Below are positions 27,901 to 36,997 of a stretch of DNA of 64,000 nucleotides, piece after piece. The stretch comes from Vicinamibacterales bacterium (GTDB taxonomy: Bacteria > Acidobacteriota > Vicinamibacteria > Vicinamibacterales > UBA2999): contig JBFWOG010000017.1 of NCBI GenBank assembly GCA_050250645.1, forward strand, positions 49,006-113,005, in the 5' to 3' direction. Below the pieces are notes generated by a model. It was given only the letters and a program-made list of their open reading frames with translations. It was not told the origin of the DNA and did no database searches. Positions within the stretch are counted from its first letter, which is position 1. Each line of letters begins with the position of its first letter. A program made the translations under genes and the position numbers.

Positions 27901-28090
27901 CGTTCTCCGTCTTCCACACCCCGCCGGTCGCCGCGCCGATGTAGATGACGTCGGGGTCCGACTCGACCGCCGCGATCGTCTCGACGCGCCCGCCCATGAT
28001 GGCGGGCCCGACGTTGCGGGCCGGGATGGTGTCGAACTGGGCAGGGGCGGCGGTCAGGGCGAGGGCGAGGAGGAGGGAGGCGATCGGCAT
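24914..28090 (-). CDS. VPS10/sortilin-like BNR (Asp-box) repeat beta-propeller protein, exported
   Basis: RNVGPAIMGGRV, GGVWKTENGGTTW, many S/T-D-G-G-x-T-W boxes, HVDHHALWIDP, GGLQDNG, VGTHGRSIY. Confidence 0.92.
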   Translation of the reverse strand: MPIASLLLALALTAAPAQFDTIPARNVGPAIMGGRVETIAAVESDPDVIYIGAATGGVWKTENGGTTWAPVFDDKGTTSIGAIAVSRSNPAVVWVGTGESNNRQSSSWGNGVWKSTDAGATWQHMGLADSRHVGGIAIDPRDPDVVYVAALGHLWGPNAERGLFKTTDGGRTWTNTKFIDEDTGFTDVVMDPSNPRVLYAAAYQRRRTAWGFSGGGPGSGLYKTTDGARTWTRLGGGLPAGDLGKIGIDVFRKNPAIVYATVEHKSAGGVYRSADRGRTWTKVNSLNPRPMYFSHIRVDPSNDQRVYLLAAPLYVSDDGGRTFRSDGARNVHVDHHALWIDPRDPAHLVLGNDGGVFMSRDAALTWQRVNNIPLGQFYTVGADMGRPYRLYGGLQDNGVWAGPSATWNRVGPLDDDWIQVAGGDGMSVAPDPLDPGTAYVSTQNGRAMRFDTASGERRGIRPYEPDPNEDADPPEAGQPELPDATRFYWTSPLAVSTHNPRTLYIAGNRLWRSLDRGEHWRPVSPDLTRQIDRNTLPIMGRVPDGDTLSKHDGVDAYGTATAFAESPIDPGLLVVGTDDGNVQLSTDGGVSWTEISGRFAGIRERTPVSHVALSAHDPARMFVAFDGHQLDDLAPHLFRSDDGGATWRAVTSGLDSVVRTMIEDPRNPELLFAGLENGLWASADGGTSWSKVGGGLPDVPVYDLRIHPRDRDLIVGTHGRSIYIVPIAALEALTTEVAASAAHLFTPARATAFNYLEHRDFLAQATYVGANPPYGAAIDYWLREAAGGARLVIAGRDGTVVREIDAPAGAGLHRVVWDLRYEAPPAPPRADPPAGVVPGDPRPAESTKARVPGDFGGGGDPTGGEAGEPRRAPEGPEVLPGEYVVTLRAAGVEQRARLVVSGDPRVAVSDESRQARFDLLFRLYDLQKQVYPVQQEVADVLKQLGAATRALGAASDVPDDLKAAGDAATKALRQAQTRLGRALQQASGAARDVASSSDAPTPAQALQFSRGAARVPDRLAEVRRVLTTTVSAFAADLERRAPASVPRVTLPAGGARDQ

Positions 28091-28094
28091 GGGC

Positions 28095-28195
28095 CACAGA
28101 TAACACAGATGCACAGATAAGAGGGAGATGCACAGATGGACACAGATGCACAGATGGGACGCAGATGCACAGATACGAGGCAGGTGCACGGACCG
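28095..28195 (+). repeat. (G)CACAGAT-type 8-11-nt degenerate tandem array
   Basis: CACAGAT AACACAGAT GCACAGAT ... GCACAGAT GGACACAGAT GCACAGAT; related arrays at 34070-34345. Confidence 0.9.
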
Positions 28196-28598
28196 ATTCA
28201 CGGACGGGCCGCGGATGCGCCGATGGCGCTGGCGGGGCACGGATGCCTCTTGTCAACGCCCAGGGTCGCGGGTAAACTCGGTGGCGTGACAGCCTGGTCG
28301 GGGTCTCGCCCCGGTCTGCCCACATCCGGCATGGCACCGACGCCTCCGTCCATGGACGGCGTCTCGCGCCACGCCCGCTCCCGCACACTCGATCGCGAGC
28401 GACGGCTCTCCACGCGACGCGCCCGGCCGGGCTGCTCGCGGTCGTAGCACCACCACCCACCTCCCCCATGTTGACGGCACGCGTCCTCGACGCCGGCAGG
28501 CGCCCGGCCGCGCGTCATCCGCCCCCGGGCGCGCCATGCCGGCTCCGTTCGCGCACCGAGATCCCGAGTTCCAACGACGCTTACATGCGAGGGTGGGT

Positions 28599-30662
28599 AT
28601 GAAAGTCCTGGTTCCGACGTTCGTCTGGGGAGGCGTCTCCCTGCTTGGCGCGTATGCGCTCGGGGTCGTCGCGCTGACGCGCGGCGAGCCGATCAACAGC
28701 ATCTGGATCGTCGCCGCCGCCGTGTGCGTGTACGCCGTCGGCTACCGCTTCTACGCCGCCTTCATCGCCGCCCGGATCATGGCGCTCGACAACACCCGGG
28801 CGACGCCGGCGGAGCGGCTGCGCAACGGGCACGACTTCGAGCCCACGAACAAGTGGATCGTGTTCGGCCACCACTTCGCCGCCATCGCCGGTCCCGGTCC
28901 GCTGGTCGGCCCGACCCTGGCCGCGCAGTTCGGCTACCTCCCGGGGACGCTCTGGATCATCTTCGGCGCCGTGCTGGCGGGCTGCGTGCAGGACTTCGTC
29001 ATCCTGTTCGCGTCGCTGCGCCGCGACGGCAAGTCGCTCGGCGAGATGGCGAAGGAGGAAATCGGCCCGATTGGCGGGTTCACGGCGCTGATCACGGTGC
29101 TGCTGATCATGATCATCCTGCTCGCCGTGGTCGCCCTGGTCTTCGTGAACGCCCTGCGCGGCAGCCCCTGGGGCGCCTTCACGATCCTGGCGACCATGCC
29201 CATCGCGGTCTTCATGGGCCTGTACCTGCGGTACTGGCGTCCCGGCAAGGTGCTCGAGGCCACGGCCATCGGCGTCGCGCTCGTGATCGCAAGCATTGTC
29301 GCGGGCCAGTGGGTCTCGGAGACGCCCCGGATCGCGGCCTACTTCAACTACTCGGCCATGACGCTCTCGTTCGGGGTCATCGTCTACGGCTTCCTCGCGA
29401 GCGCCTTGCCCGTGTGGCTGCTGCTCGCGCCGCGCGACTACCTGTCCACCTTCGTGAAGCTGGGCGTCGTGATCATGCTGGGGTTCGGCGTGCTCTTCGC
29501 GGCGCCGCAGCTCGAGATGCCCGCCCTCACGCAGTTCACCGACGGCACCGGCCCGATCTTCGCGGGCAAGATCTTCCCGTTCTGCTTCATCACCATCGCG
29601 TGCGGCGCGATCAGCGGCTTCCACTCGCTCATCTCGTCGGGCACGACGCCGAAGCTGCTCGCGCGCGAGGGCCACGCCAGGCCGGTCGGCTACGGCGCGA
29701 TGGCCCTCGAGAGCTACGTCGCCATCATGGCGCTCGTCGCGGCCTGCGCGCTCCAGCCCGGGGTGTTCTTCGCCATCAACTCGCCGCAGGGGGTCGTCGG
29801 CAACACGCCGCAGGCGGCCGTCGAGACGATCTCGAGCTGGGGTTACCCGGTCACGGTGGCGCAGATGGACGGGCTGGCGAAGCAGGTCGGCGAGGAGTCG
29901 CTGCTCCACCGCACGGGGGGCGCCCCGTCGCTGGCGCTCGGCATGGCGCACATCTTTGCGCAGTTCCGCGGCGTCGAGCGGTTCCTTGGCTTCTGGTACC
30001 ACTTCGCGATCATGTTCGAGGCCCTGTTCATCCTGACCATCCTCGACGCCGGCACCCGCGTCGGACGGTTCATGCTGCAGGGCCTGCTCGGCACGATCTC
30101 GGCGCCCCTCGGCCGCACGAGCTGGACGCCGGGCGTGATCATGACGAGCGCCGCCATCTGCATGATGTGGGGGTACTTCCTGATCCAGGGCGTGCTCGAT
30201 CCGCTCGGGGGCATCAACTCGCTGTGGCCGCTCTTCGGCATCGCGAACCAGCTGCTCGCCGGCATCGCCCTGATCGTCGGCACGACGATCCTGATCAGGA
30301 TGCACGGGGCGAAGTTCATGTGGGTCACGGCCGTGCCGCTCGTGTGGCTGGTCGTCGTGACCTTCACGGCTGCCTACCAGAAGATCTTCTCGCCGCTGCC
30401 CAACCTGGGGTTCCTCGCGCAGGCCGACGCCCTGCAGGCATCGCTCGCGGGCGGCGCGGTGCCGGCCGCGCAGCTCGCCGCGGTCCAGGCCCAGATCTTC
30501 AACAACCGGCTCGACGCCGTCATCTGCGGCGTCTTCGTGGTGCTGTGCTCGCTGATCCTCGCCGACGCGATCCGGATCTGGATCGGCCTCCTGACCGGGG
30601 GGCGCGACGCGCGCGTCCACGAGGCCCCGTTCGTCCTGTCGAAGCTGGAGGAGGGGCTGTGA
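28599..30662 (+). CDS. cstA: Carbon starvation protein A (peptide/pyruvate transporter)
   Basis: FGHHFAAIAGPGPLVGP, LPVWLLLAPRDYLSTF, ITIACGAISGFH, RTGGAPSLA, LWPLFGIANQLLA. Confidence 0.96.
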   Translation: MKVLVPTFVWGGVSLLGAYALGVVALTRGEPINSIWIVAAAVCVYAVGYRFYAAFIAARIMALDNTRATPAERLRNGHDFEPTNKWIVFGHHFAAIAGPGPLVGPTLAAQFGYLPGTLWIIFGAVLAGCVQDFVILFASLRRDGKSLGEMAKEEIGPIGGFTALITVLLIMIILLAVVALVFVNALRGSPWGAFTILATMPIAVFMGLYLRYWRPGKVLEATAIGVALVIASIVAGQWVSETPRIAAYFNYSAMTLSFGVIVYGFLASALPVWLLLAPRDYLSTFVKLGVVIMLGFGVLFAAPQLEMPALTQFTDGTGPIFAGKIFPFCFITIACGAISGFHSLISSGTTPKLLAREGHARPVGYGAMALESYVAIMALVAACALQPGVFFAINSPQGVVGNTPQAAVETISSWGYPVTVAQMDGLAKQVGEESLLHRTGGAPSLALGMAHIFAQFRGVERFLGFWYHFAIMFEALFILTILDAGTRVGRFMLQGLLGTISAPLGRTSWTPGVIMTSAAICMMWGYFLIQGVLDPLGGINSLWPLFGIANQLLAGIALIVGTTILIRMHGAKFMWVTAVPLVWLVVVTFTAAYQKIFSPLPNLGFLAQADALQASLAGGAVPAAQLAAVQAQIFNNRLDAVICGVFVVLCSLILADAIRIWIGLLTGGRDARVHEAPFVLSKLEEGL

Positions 30663-30838
30663 AGGCGTGCCTGCTCGCCTTCTGGCGCAACCTCCGGGGC
30701 GTGATGCGGGAGATTGCCGACGAGAACGCCTACGAGCGCCACCTGGCCTGGCACGGCACCGTGCACTCGCCCGAGGAGTATCGACGCTTCGCCGACCACC
30801 GGCTCGCGGCGAAGTACACCCGGGCGAAGTGCTGCTGA
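30659..30838 (+). CDS. Small CstA-associated protein (YbdD/YjiX-like), ends in CC
   Basis: GTG overlaps the cstA stop; ENAYERHL..H....EEY.RF......Y...CC. Confidence 0.85.
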   Translation: MKACLLAFWRNLRGVMREIADENAYERHLAWHGTVHSPEEYRRFADHRLAAKYTRAKCC

Positions 30839-30936
30839 ATCCGCGAGGTGTCGCGAGGGCTTGACTTGGCCAGCCGGACCGTCAGAAGCTGACGATTCGG
30901 CTGGCCCGGATCCGGCCCTGGGAGAACAGGTTCACC

Positions 30937-31851
30937 ATGCGCAGACTCATCGTCCTGACGGCGCTCGTCGCGACCGGCGCGCTCGGCATCGGCCTCGCGG
31001 CGTTCCAGGCTCCCGCCCAGCCGAAAGTGCTGGAGGTCGAGAAGCTCAAGGACAACCTCTTCCTGCTGAAGGGCGGGGGCGGCAACACGGCCGCGTTCGT
31101 CACCGCGACGGGCGTGGTGGTCGTCGACTCCAAGCTCCCGGGGTGGGGGCAGGTGCTGCTCGACACCATCAAGACCGTCACCGACAAGCCGGTGACGATG
31201 GTGATCAACACGCACACGCACTACGACCACGTGAGCGGCCAGGTGGAATTCCCGGCGACGGTGGAGGTGGTGGCGCACGCCAACACCAAGGCGCTGATGG
31301 AGCAGGCCAACCCCGTGTACGGCCTGCAGACCGGGCCGCAGCCGAACATCTTCAAGGACCACGGCGGGCGCGGCTACCCGACGCGCACCTTCACCGACAC
31401 GCTGACGCTCGGCCAGGGCGCCGACCGCATCGACCTCTACTACTTCGGGCGCGCGCACACGGGCGGCGACGCCTACGTGGTCTTTCCCGCCCTCCACGTG
31501 ATGCACGCGGGCGACACGTTCCCGGGCAAGGACCTGCCCATCATGGACATCAACAACGGCGGCAGCGGCGTCGACTTCGCGGGCACCCTGACGAAGGCCG
31601 CCGCGCTCCCCGGGATCGAGTTGGTCATCAACGGCCACAACCCGAAGACGACAACGATACCGGAGCTGAAGGAGTACGCCGCGTTCATCGGCGACTTCGT
31701 CGCGGCGGCGCAGGCCGCCAAGCGCGCCGGCAAGACCGTCGAGGAGTTCGTCCCGACGTGGACGACGCCGGCGAAGTACGCGGGCTACGCGACGCCGAAC
31801 CCCGCCCGGGTCAAGGCCGACGCGGAAGTCGTCTACCGCGAGACGAAGTAG
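30937..31851 (+). CDS. MBL-fold metallo-hydrolase (cyclase-like), exported
   Basis: GGGGN, VVVDSK, INTHTHYDH, AHTGGD, HAGD, INGH; signal peptide. Confidence 0.92.
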   Translation: MRRLIVLTALVATGALGIGLAAFQAPAQPKVLEVEKLKDNLFLLKGGGGNTAAFVTATGVVVVDSKLPGWGQVLLDTIKTVTDKPVTMVINTHTHYDHVSGQVEFPATVEVVAHANTKALMEQANPVYGLQTGPQPNIFKDHGGRGYPTRTFTDTLTLGQGADRIDLYYFGRAHTGGDAYVVFPALHVMHAGDTFPGKDLPIMDINNGGSGVDFAGTLTKAAALPGIELVINGHNPKTTTIPELKEYAAFIGDFVAAAQAAKRAGKTVEEFVPTWTTPAKYAGYATPNPARVKADAEVVYRETK

Positions 31852-31855
31852 CGCC

Positions 31856-32620
31856 CTACTTCCAGGTCACTTCCATCCCGAAGAAGTGCGCGAAGACCGC
31901 GCGCTTCGGGGTGTTGCGCTCGTCGGACTCGGGACTGCGGATGTAGAAGTCGAGCTGCTGGGCGGCCGGGTTGACACCCCCGGCGCCCGGCGGGCGCGAC
32001 GGGTTGGGATAGTCCACCCGCAGGGTGTCGCGGTTGCGGATGCCCTCGGTCACCATGAAGTGCATCTCGTAGTCCTGGTAGAGCGGCTCGCCGTTCAGCG
32101 TGGCGTGGCCGTAGCCCCAGCCCGCCACGTACACGAGCGTCTTCGGCCAGTTCGCGTCGCCGCACCCCGAGTCGGCGCCGTGCTCGTGCAGGAACGCCGC
32201 CACCCCGCCGTCCTGGCAGGGGCTGAACTCGTGGATCCGGTCGAGCGTGACGACGAGGTCGCCCTCGGGCACGCGCATGCGCGCCTCGAAGGTCCCGGTG
32301 TTGCCAATCTCGTCGACGTCGAACGCGGCGGTGCCCTCGACGGGGTGCACCGTGGCGCCGCTGTTGTCCATGTGATCCCAGCCCGGCGCGTCGTGCAGGC
32401 CACCGACCATGTACAGGCGATTGGCGGTGATGACGAAATGCCCGTCGTACAGGTCATGCTGCGCGGGCGCGTAGAGCTCGAGGGTCGCGCCGGCAGGGTG
32501 GCGCGGATCGGGCGCGGCGGCGGGCGCGGCCGTGGAGGCGGGCGGCGTGGGCGCACCGCCGCAGGCAGCGGCGAGCGCGAGAGCACCGGCGAGCGCGGCG
32601 AACGCGGCGTGACGTGACAT
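31856..32620 (-). CDS. Hypothetical lipoprotein
   Basis: RBS AAAGGAG; LALAAAC lipobox; GC3-biased codons. Confidence 0.8.
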   Translation of the reverse strand: MSRHAAFAALAGALALAAACGGAPTPPASTAAPAAAPDPRHPAGATLELYAPAQHDLYDGHFVITANRLYMVGGLHDAPGWDHMDNSGATVHPVEGTAAFDVDEIGNTGTFEARMRVPEGDLVVTLDRIHEFSPCQDGGVAAFLHEHGADSGCGDANWPKTLVYVAGWGYGHATLNGEPLYQDYEMHFMVTEGIRNRDTLRVDYPNPSRPPGAGGVNPAAQQLDFYIRSPESDERNTPKRAVFAHFFGMEVTWK

Positions 32621-32748
32621 GGACGGGCTCCTTTCGATGAGCGCGGCGGCTCCGGGGGACGGGCCCTGGGAACGAGAGGCCATTATCCGTCCGGCGGTCT
32701 CCGGCCACGCATGAGCTTCGCCCCGGGGAAGCACGATAGAATCAAGGA

Positions 32749-33141
32749 ATGGTTCGTGTGCTCGCCGCGTTCGTGCTCCCCGCCCTGCTCCTCGTCACCG
32801 CCGCGTGTTCGGACGGCCCGCTCCAGGCGGAAACGATCCAGCTCGGGCGGTCGCTGAACGCCGACGACAGCGTGGGAGAACTCACCACGGCCTTCAAGCC
32901 GAAGGACACGATCTACGTGTCGGTGCTGACGGCCAACCGCGGCAAGGGCACCATCGGCGTCCGCTGGATGTACGGCGGGCAGCTCGTGAGCGAGCGCGAG
33001 AAGCAGGTCTCCTTCAAGGGACCGGCGGCGACCGAGTTCCACATCCAGAGCGCCGGCGGCTTCCCGACGGGCAACTACACCGTGGAGCTGTCGATTGACG
33101 GCCAGTCGGTGGGCCAGCGCAACTTCACCGTCGCGCGGTAG
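32749..33141 (+). CDS. Hypothetical lipoprotein (beta-sandwich-like)
   Basis: LVTAAC lipobox; F-P-DTIYVSV..W..G-Y-VE...G pattern. Confidence 0.8.
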   Translation: MVRVLAAFVLPALLLVTAACSDGPLQAETIQLGRSLNADDSVGELTTAFKPKDTIYVSVLTANRGKGTIGVRWMYGGQLVSEREKQVSFKGPAATEFHIQSAGGFPTGNYTVELSIDGQSVGQRNFTVAR

Positions 33142-33275
33142 CCAGGCCCAGGGCCCACACCGCCGTGCCCGTGGATGGGCGCGCCGGTCCGCGGCCCCGG
33201 CGCCCCCCGCAACGCACCCGCCCGGGTGGGTCCCACGATGACAATCACGGCCCTCGGCCCCGCTAGACTGGGAGC

Positions 33276-33704
33276 ATGAAGGGCCTCGTGCTTGCCGCGT
33301 GCGTGCTGGCCACCGGGGGGATCATGGCCGCCCAGGAAAAGCCAGTCCCCAAGGACTCGATGCGGGTGTTCCTTCCCGGGTGCGCCGAGGACCGGATGTT
33401 CACCGTCGCGCCGCCGGCCGAGGACCAGCCGGGACGATCCGACATCCCCGCCGGCACCCGCCTCCGGATGACCGGCCCGAAGAAACTGCTCAACGAGATC
33501 AAGGCGCGGCCCGAGAGCCTGATCGAGCTGACCGGCCTCATCCGGAAAGGCCAGTTCGAGCCCGGCGGCGTCAAGCTGGGGCCCTTCCGCGTCGGCCCGG
33601 CGCCGCCGATGGGCAGCAACCCGATGCGCAGTCCGGGCGTGGAGCAGGTCGTGATCGACGTCGAAGGCTGGCGCGTGATTCCCGGCGAGTGCCCGATCAA
33701 GTAG
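33276..33704 (+). CDS. Hypothetical exported protein
   Basis: Signal peptide; GC ... terminal GECP cysteine pair. Confidence 0.75.
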   Translation: MKGLVLAACVLATGGIMAAQEKPVPKDSMRVFLPGCAEDRMFTVAPPAEDQPGRSDIPAGTRLRMTGPKKLLNEIKARPESLIELTGLIRKGQFEPGGVKLGPFRVGPAPPMGSNPMRSPGVEQVVIDVEGWRVIPGECPIK

Positions 33705-33712
33705 GCCGCCCC

Positions 33713-34060
33713 ATGCTCGTCTACAAGATCGTCCCCGCCACGCTCTGGGAGGCCGCGCGCGAGGCCCGGCGCTTTGCCGGCGCGCCCGTGGACCTCGCCG
33801 ACGGCTACATCCACTTCTCCACCGCCGCGCAGGCACGCGAGACGGCGGCACGGCACTTTGCCGGACAGGCCGGCCTGCTGCTCGTCGCGGTGGACGCCGA
33901 GGCCCTGGGCGACGCCCTGAAGTGGGAACCGTCCCGCGGCGGCGCGCTCTTCCCGCACCTCTACGCCGAACTCCCCTTCACCGCGGTCCGGTGGGAGCGC
34001 CCGCTGCCCCTCGGGCAGGATGGGGCGCACGTCTTCCCCGAACTCAGAGAAGCTGATTGA
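33713..34060 (+). CDS. DUF952 family protein
   Basis: VYKI..W..A..G..VDLADGYIHFST..Q..ETAARHF..LKWEPSRGGALFPHLY. Confidence 0.93.
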   Translation: MLVYKIVPATLWEAAREARRFAGAPVDLADGYIHFSTAAQARETAARHFAGQAGLLLVAVDAEALGDALKWEPSRGGALFPHLYAELPFTAVRWERPLPLGQDGAHVFPELREAD

Positions 34061-34069
34061 GACGGAGAG

Positions 34070-34345
34070 GCACACAGATGCACGGATGAGGGCAGGTGCA
34101 CAGATAGAACACAGATGCACAGACAAGACGTCGATGCGCCGATAGGGACCGACCAGGCGAAGGGTTCGTGGGCGGATTTCCCACGTTTCACGGGTTCCGT
34201 CTCTCAGAACTCCTCGGACTCCCATTCGTGCATCAAATTCGTATCTGCGCCGCAGATTCGTATCCGCGCACCAGATTCGTATCTGTGCATCTGCGTCTTA
34301 TCTGCGCATCTGTGGCCTGCGCATCTGTGGCCTGTGCATCTGTGC
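34070..34345. repeat. Inverted pair of CACAGAT / ATCTGTG arrays with AT-richer spacer
   Basis: Forward 34070-34124; reverse ATCTGTGC-type copies about 34242-34345. Confidence 0.85.
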
Positions 34346-34508
34346 CGTGATTTCGCGTATGCTCCAGATGTCAGTCCAGAACTGAGCCCGCCAGCGTTCG
34401 AGTAGTGCCCCGTCCGGGTGCGCGCCGACCGGCCCAACTCTTGGCCGGAGTCCGTGCGCCCACCATCCCGGTGACACGCGCGCCTTCCGTTTCTCGCGAG
34501 GGGGTCCC

Positions 34509-34778
34509 GTGCTCAGTGCCCGCGTTCAGCTCCACCTCATCACCGGCTGGTTCCTGTTGCTCGTCGCGCTGCTGGGCGTCGGCGCGGCGGCCGGCCTGCG
34601 GCTGTCCACGACGGAGGGTGTCGGGCTCTTCGTGCTCGCGACCATCCCGGCAGGGATCCTGCTGAAGGCGCTCGCTCACGCGCCGCGAACCGCCGCCGAG
34701 GCGCGTCGACCGCTCGCGCGACCGCGCGGCCTGTCAGGACTGGCGCCCCGGGCACCGGGCGGGGACGGGCTCCGATGA
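34509..34778 (+). CDS. Small two-TM membrane protein
   Basis: GAGGGGG before GTG; two hydrophobic stretches. Confidence 0.55.
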   Translation: MLSARVQLHLITGWFLLLVALLGVGAAAGLRLSTTEGVGLFVLATIPAGILLKALAHAPRTAAEARRPLARPRGLSGLAPRAPGGDGLR

Positions 34779-34936
34779 GCCGCCCCTCCCCGGCGTCCGG
34801 CGGCGAAGGCAACCCGTGGCTCGGCGACGCCTGGTGGCTGCTGCTCATCTGGCTCGCGCTGCCTGTCGGCATCCTCGCGGTCGGTACCCCCCTGGCCCTG
34901 CTTGCGCGAGCCATCCTGGCGCTCCTCGGCGGGTAG
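34775..34936 (+). CDS. 53-aa membrane peptide (not in ORF track)
   Basis: ATGA overlap; MSRPSPASGGEGNPWLGDAWWLLLIWLALPVGILAVGTPLALLARAILALLGG*. Confidence 0.6.
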   Translation: MSRPSPASGGEGNPWLGDAWWLLLIWLALPVGILAVGTPLALLARAILALLGG

Positions 34937-34956
34937 GCGGACCACCTCGCGAGCGA

Positions 34957-35433
34957 TCAGGGTGCGAGGACCGGCCGGAACCGGCGCGCCGCCGACGCGA
35001 TGAGCCCCGCGAACACCGCGAACACCGCGGTCTGGGCCACCGCGAACGGCGGTTCCGACCCGGTGGGCGCCAGGGCGTGCAGTGACGGCACCTTGAGGAA
35101 CAACTGCACCACGAGGACGAAGACGTTCAGGTAGAGCGCCGCGCCTCCGCTTACCACGTACACCGCGCGCCATCCCCCCGAGAGCCCCCGCGCGTAGCGC
35201 GCAAAGGCGGCGACGGCCAGGACCACCAGCGAGATGCCAGCGACAATGTGCGACGGCAGCACCTGGGTGGCCGGGAAGCCGAACCCGGTCAGGCTGGTCG
35301 CGACCGTCGTGCCGAGGAACACGGCGGTCCAGCCCTCGAGACGCCGGCTCTGCAGGAGGCCGGCGAGGACGACACCGCCGGAGGCAATGCCGATCAAGCT
35401 GATGACAACGTGGGCGAGCGTGAAAGACGTCAT
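34957..35433 (-). CDS. Conserved hypothetical membrane protein
   Basis: HVVISLIGIASG, TSLTGFGFP, ALYLNVFVLVVQLFLKVP.L..LAPTGSEPPF. Confidence 0.85.
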   Translation of the reverse strand: MTSFTLAHVVISLIGIASGGVVLAGLLQSRRLEGWTAVFLGTTVATSLTGFGFPATQVLPSHIVAGISLVVLAVAAFARYARGLSGGWRAVYVVSGGAALYLNVFVLVVQLFLKVPSLHALAPTGSEPPFAVAQTAVFAVFAGLIASAARRFRPVLAP

Positions 35434-35635
35434 GGGGACACGTCCCTTCCGGCCCGGTCGGGCCTCGTGCGACGCCACGACCCCGGCCCCGTGACGCACG
35501 AGACCGGCTGGCCGTAACGGGGCGGCGAGCATACCAGAGACAGGGGTGGGGCGGCGGCTCCGGACCGGTGTGGCCATATTTCTGGCCGTTTCCCGGCCGA
35601 TCGGTATAATGGCGCGGCTCAGCCACCAGGATCTC

Positions 35636-36955
35636 ATGACAACCAACCCACACCCCGCGCCCCTCGATCTCAAGGACGCGTCGCGGCGCATCCGCGCGAT
35701 CTTCGTCGGCTCGATCGGCAACCTGGTCGAGTGGTACGACTTCTACGCCTACGCGGCCTTCGCGCTCTACTTCGCGCCGGCCTTCTTCCCGGGCGAAGAC
35801 CCGGTCGTCCAGCAGCTGAACGCCGCCATCCTGTTCGCCATCGGCTTCATCGTCCGGCCGATCGGCGGGTGGCTGTTCGGCCATATCGGCGACCACTACG
35901 GCCGGCGGAACTCGCTGATGCTGTCGGTGCTGCTGATGTGCTTCGGCTCGCTGCTGATCGCGGTGATGCCGACCTACGCCGCGATCGGCGTGTGGGCGCC
36001 CGTCGCGCTCGGCCTGGCCCGCATGGTGCAGGGCCTGAGCCTCGGCGGCGAGTACGGCGCGAGCGCGACCTACCTGAGCGAGGTGGCCGACGAGGAGCAC
36101 CGCGGCTTCTACTCGAGCTTCCAGTACGTGACGCTCATCGGCGGGCAGCTCTGCGCGATCCTCGTGCTGCTGCTGCTCGAGCAGGTCTTCCTGACGGGCG
36201 ACCAGATCCGGGCCTGGGGCTGGCGCATCCCCTTCGCCATCGGCGCGCTGCTGGCGGTGACGGCGCTGCTGATGCGGAGCGGGCTGCACGAGACGGATCA
36301 CTTCGTCGCGGCGAAGGCGGCGACCCCCGTCAAGCGCGAGAGCTCCCTCCGGACGCTGATGAAGTACCCCAAGGAGGTCGCGGTGGTCGTCGGCCTCACC
36401 ATGGGCGGGACCACGGCGTTCTACACCTACACCACCTACATGCAGAAATTCCTGAAGCTGTCGGTGGGCCTGACGAACGAGCAGACCACGTTCGTGACGG
36501 CCGGGGCACTGCTGTTCGCGCTCGTGCTGCAGCCGACCTACGGCGCCATGTCCGACCGCATCGGCCGCAAGCCGCTGCTCATCTGGTTCGGCGTGATGGG
36601 CACGGTCTGCACCATCCCGCTCCTCATCGCGTTGCAGAACACGACGAGCGTCCTCGTGGCCTTCCTGCTGATCTGCGGCGCCTGGATGATCGTGGCGGGC
36701 TACACGTCGATCAACGCGGTCGTGAAGGCCGAGCTGTTCCCGACGCGCATCCGCGCGACAGGCGTCGGCCTGCCCTACGCGGTGACCGTGTCGATCTTCG
36801 GTGGCACGGCCGAGACCGTGGCGCTCTGGTTCAAGTCGATCGGCCACGAGGCCTGGTTCTACTACTACCTCACCGGCATCATCGCCATCTCGCTGCTCGT
36901 CGCGCTGTCGATGCACGACACCAAGCACCACTCGGCGATGGACCGGCACGAGTAG
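35636..36955 (+). CDS. MFS metabolite:H+ symporter (KgtP-like dicarboxylate permease)
   Basis: GSIGNLVEWYDFY, RPIGGWLFG, QGLSLGGEYG, WGWRIPF, VKAELFP; TATAAT upstream. Confidence 0.93.
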   Translation: MTTNPHPAPLDLKDASRRIRAIFVGSIGNLVEWYDFYAYAAFALYFAPAFFPGEDPVVQQLNAAILFAIGFIVRPIGGWLFGHIGDHYGRRNSLMLSVLLMCFGSLLIAVMPTYAAIGVWAPVALGLARMVQGLSLGGEYGASATYLSEVADEEHRGFYSSFQYVTLIGGQLCAILVLLLLEQVFLTGDQIRAWGWRIPFAIGALLAVTALLMRSGLHETDHFVAAKAATPVKRESSLRTLMKYPKEVAVVVGLTMGGTTAFYTYTTYMQKFLKLSVGLTNEQTTFVTAGALLFALVLQPTYGAMSDRIGRKPLLIWFGVMGTVCTIPLLIALQNTTSVLVAFLLICGAWMIVAGYTSINAVVKAELFPTRIRATGVGLPYAVTVSIFGGTAETVALWFKSIGHEAWFYYYLTGIIAISLLVALSMHDTKHHSAMDRHE

Positions 36956-36997
36956 CCGCGCGCCAGGCGCGCGCGGCCGGCCGCCCCGGCCGCGCGC

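Noticed and set aside
28091-28240. His/Cys-rich N-terminal extension (SVHLCICVHLC) of the VPS10 protein
   Set aside because: Translation of the CACAGAT array; the signal peptide begins at 28090
30830-30870. Selenocysteine read-through at CC-TGA of the CstA-associated small protein
   Set aside because: Both terminal cysteines are already encoded as TGC, so TGA fits a normal stop; no convincing SECIS seen
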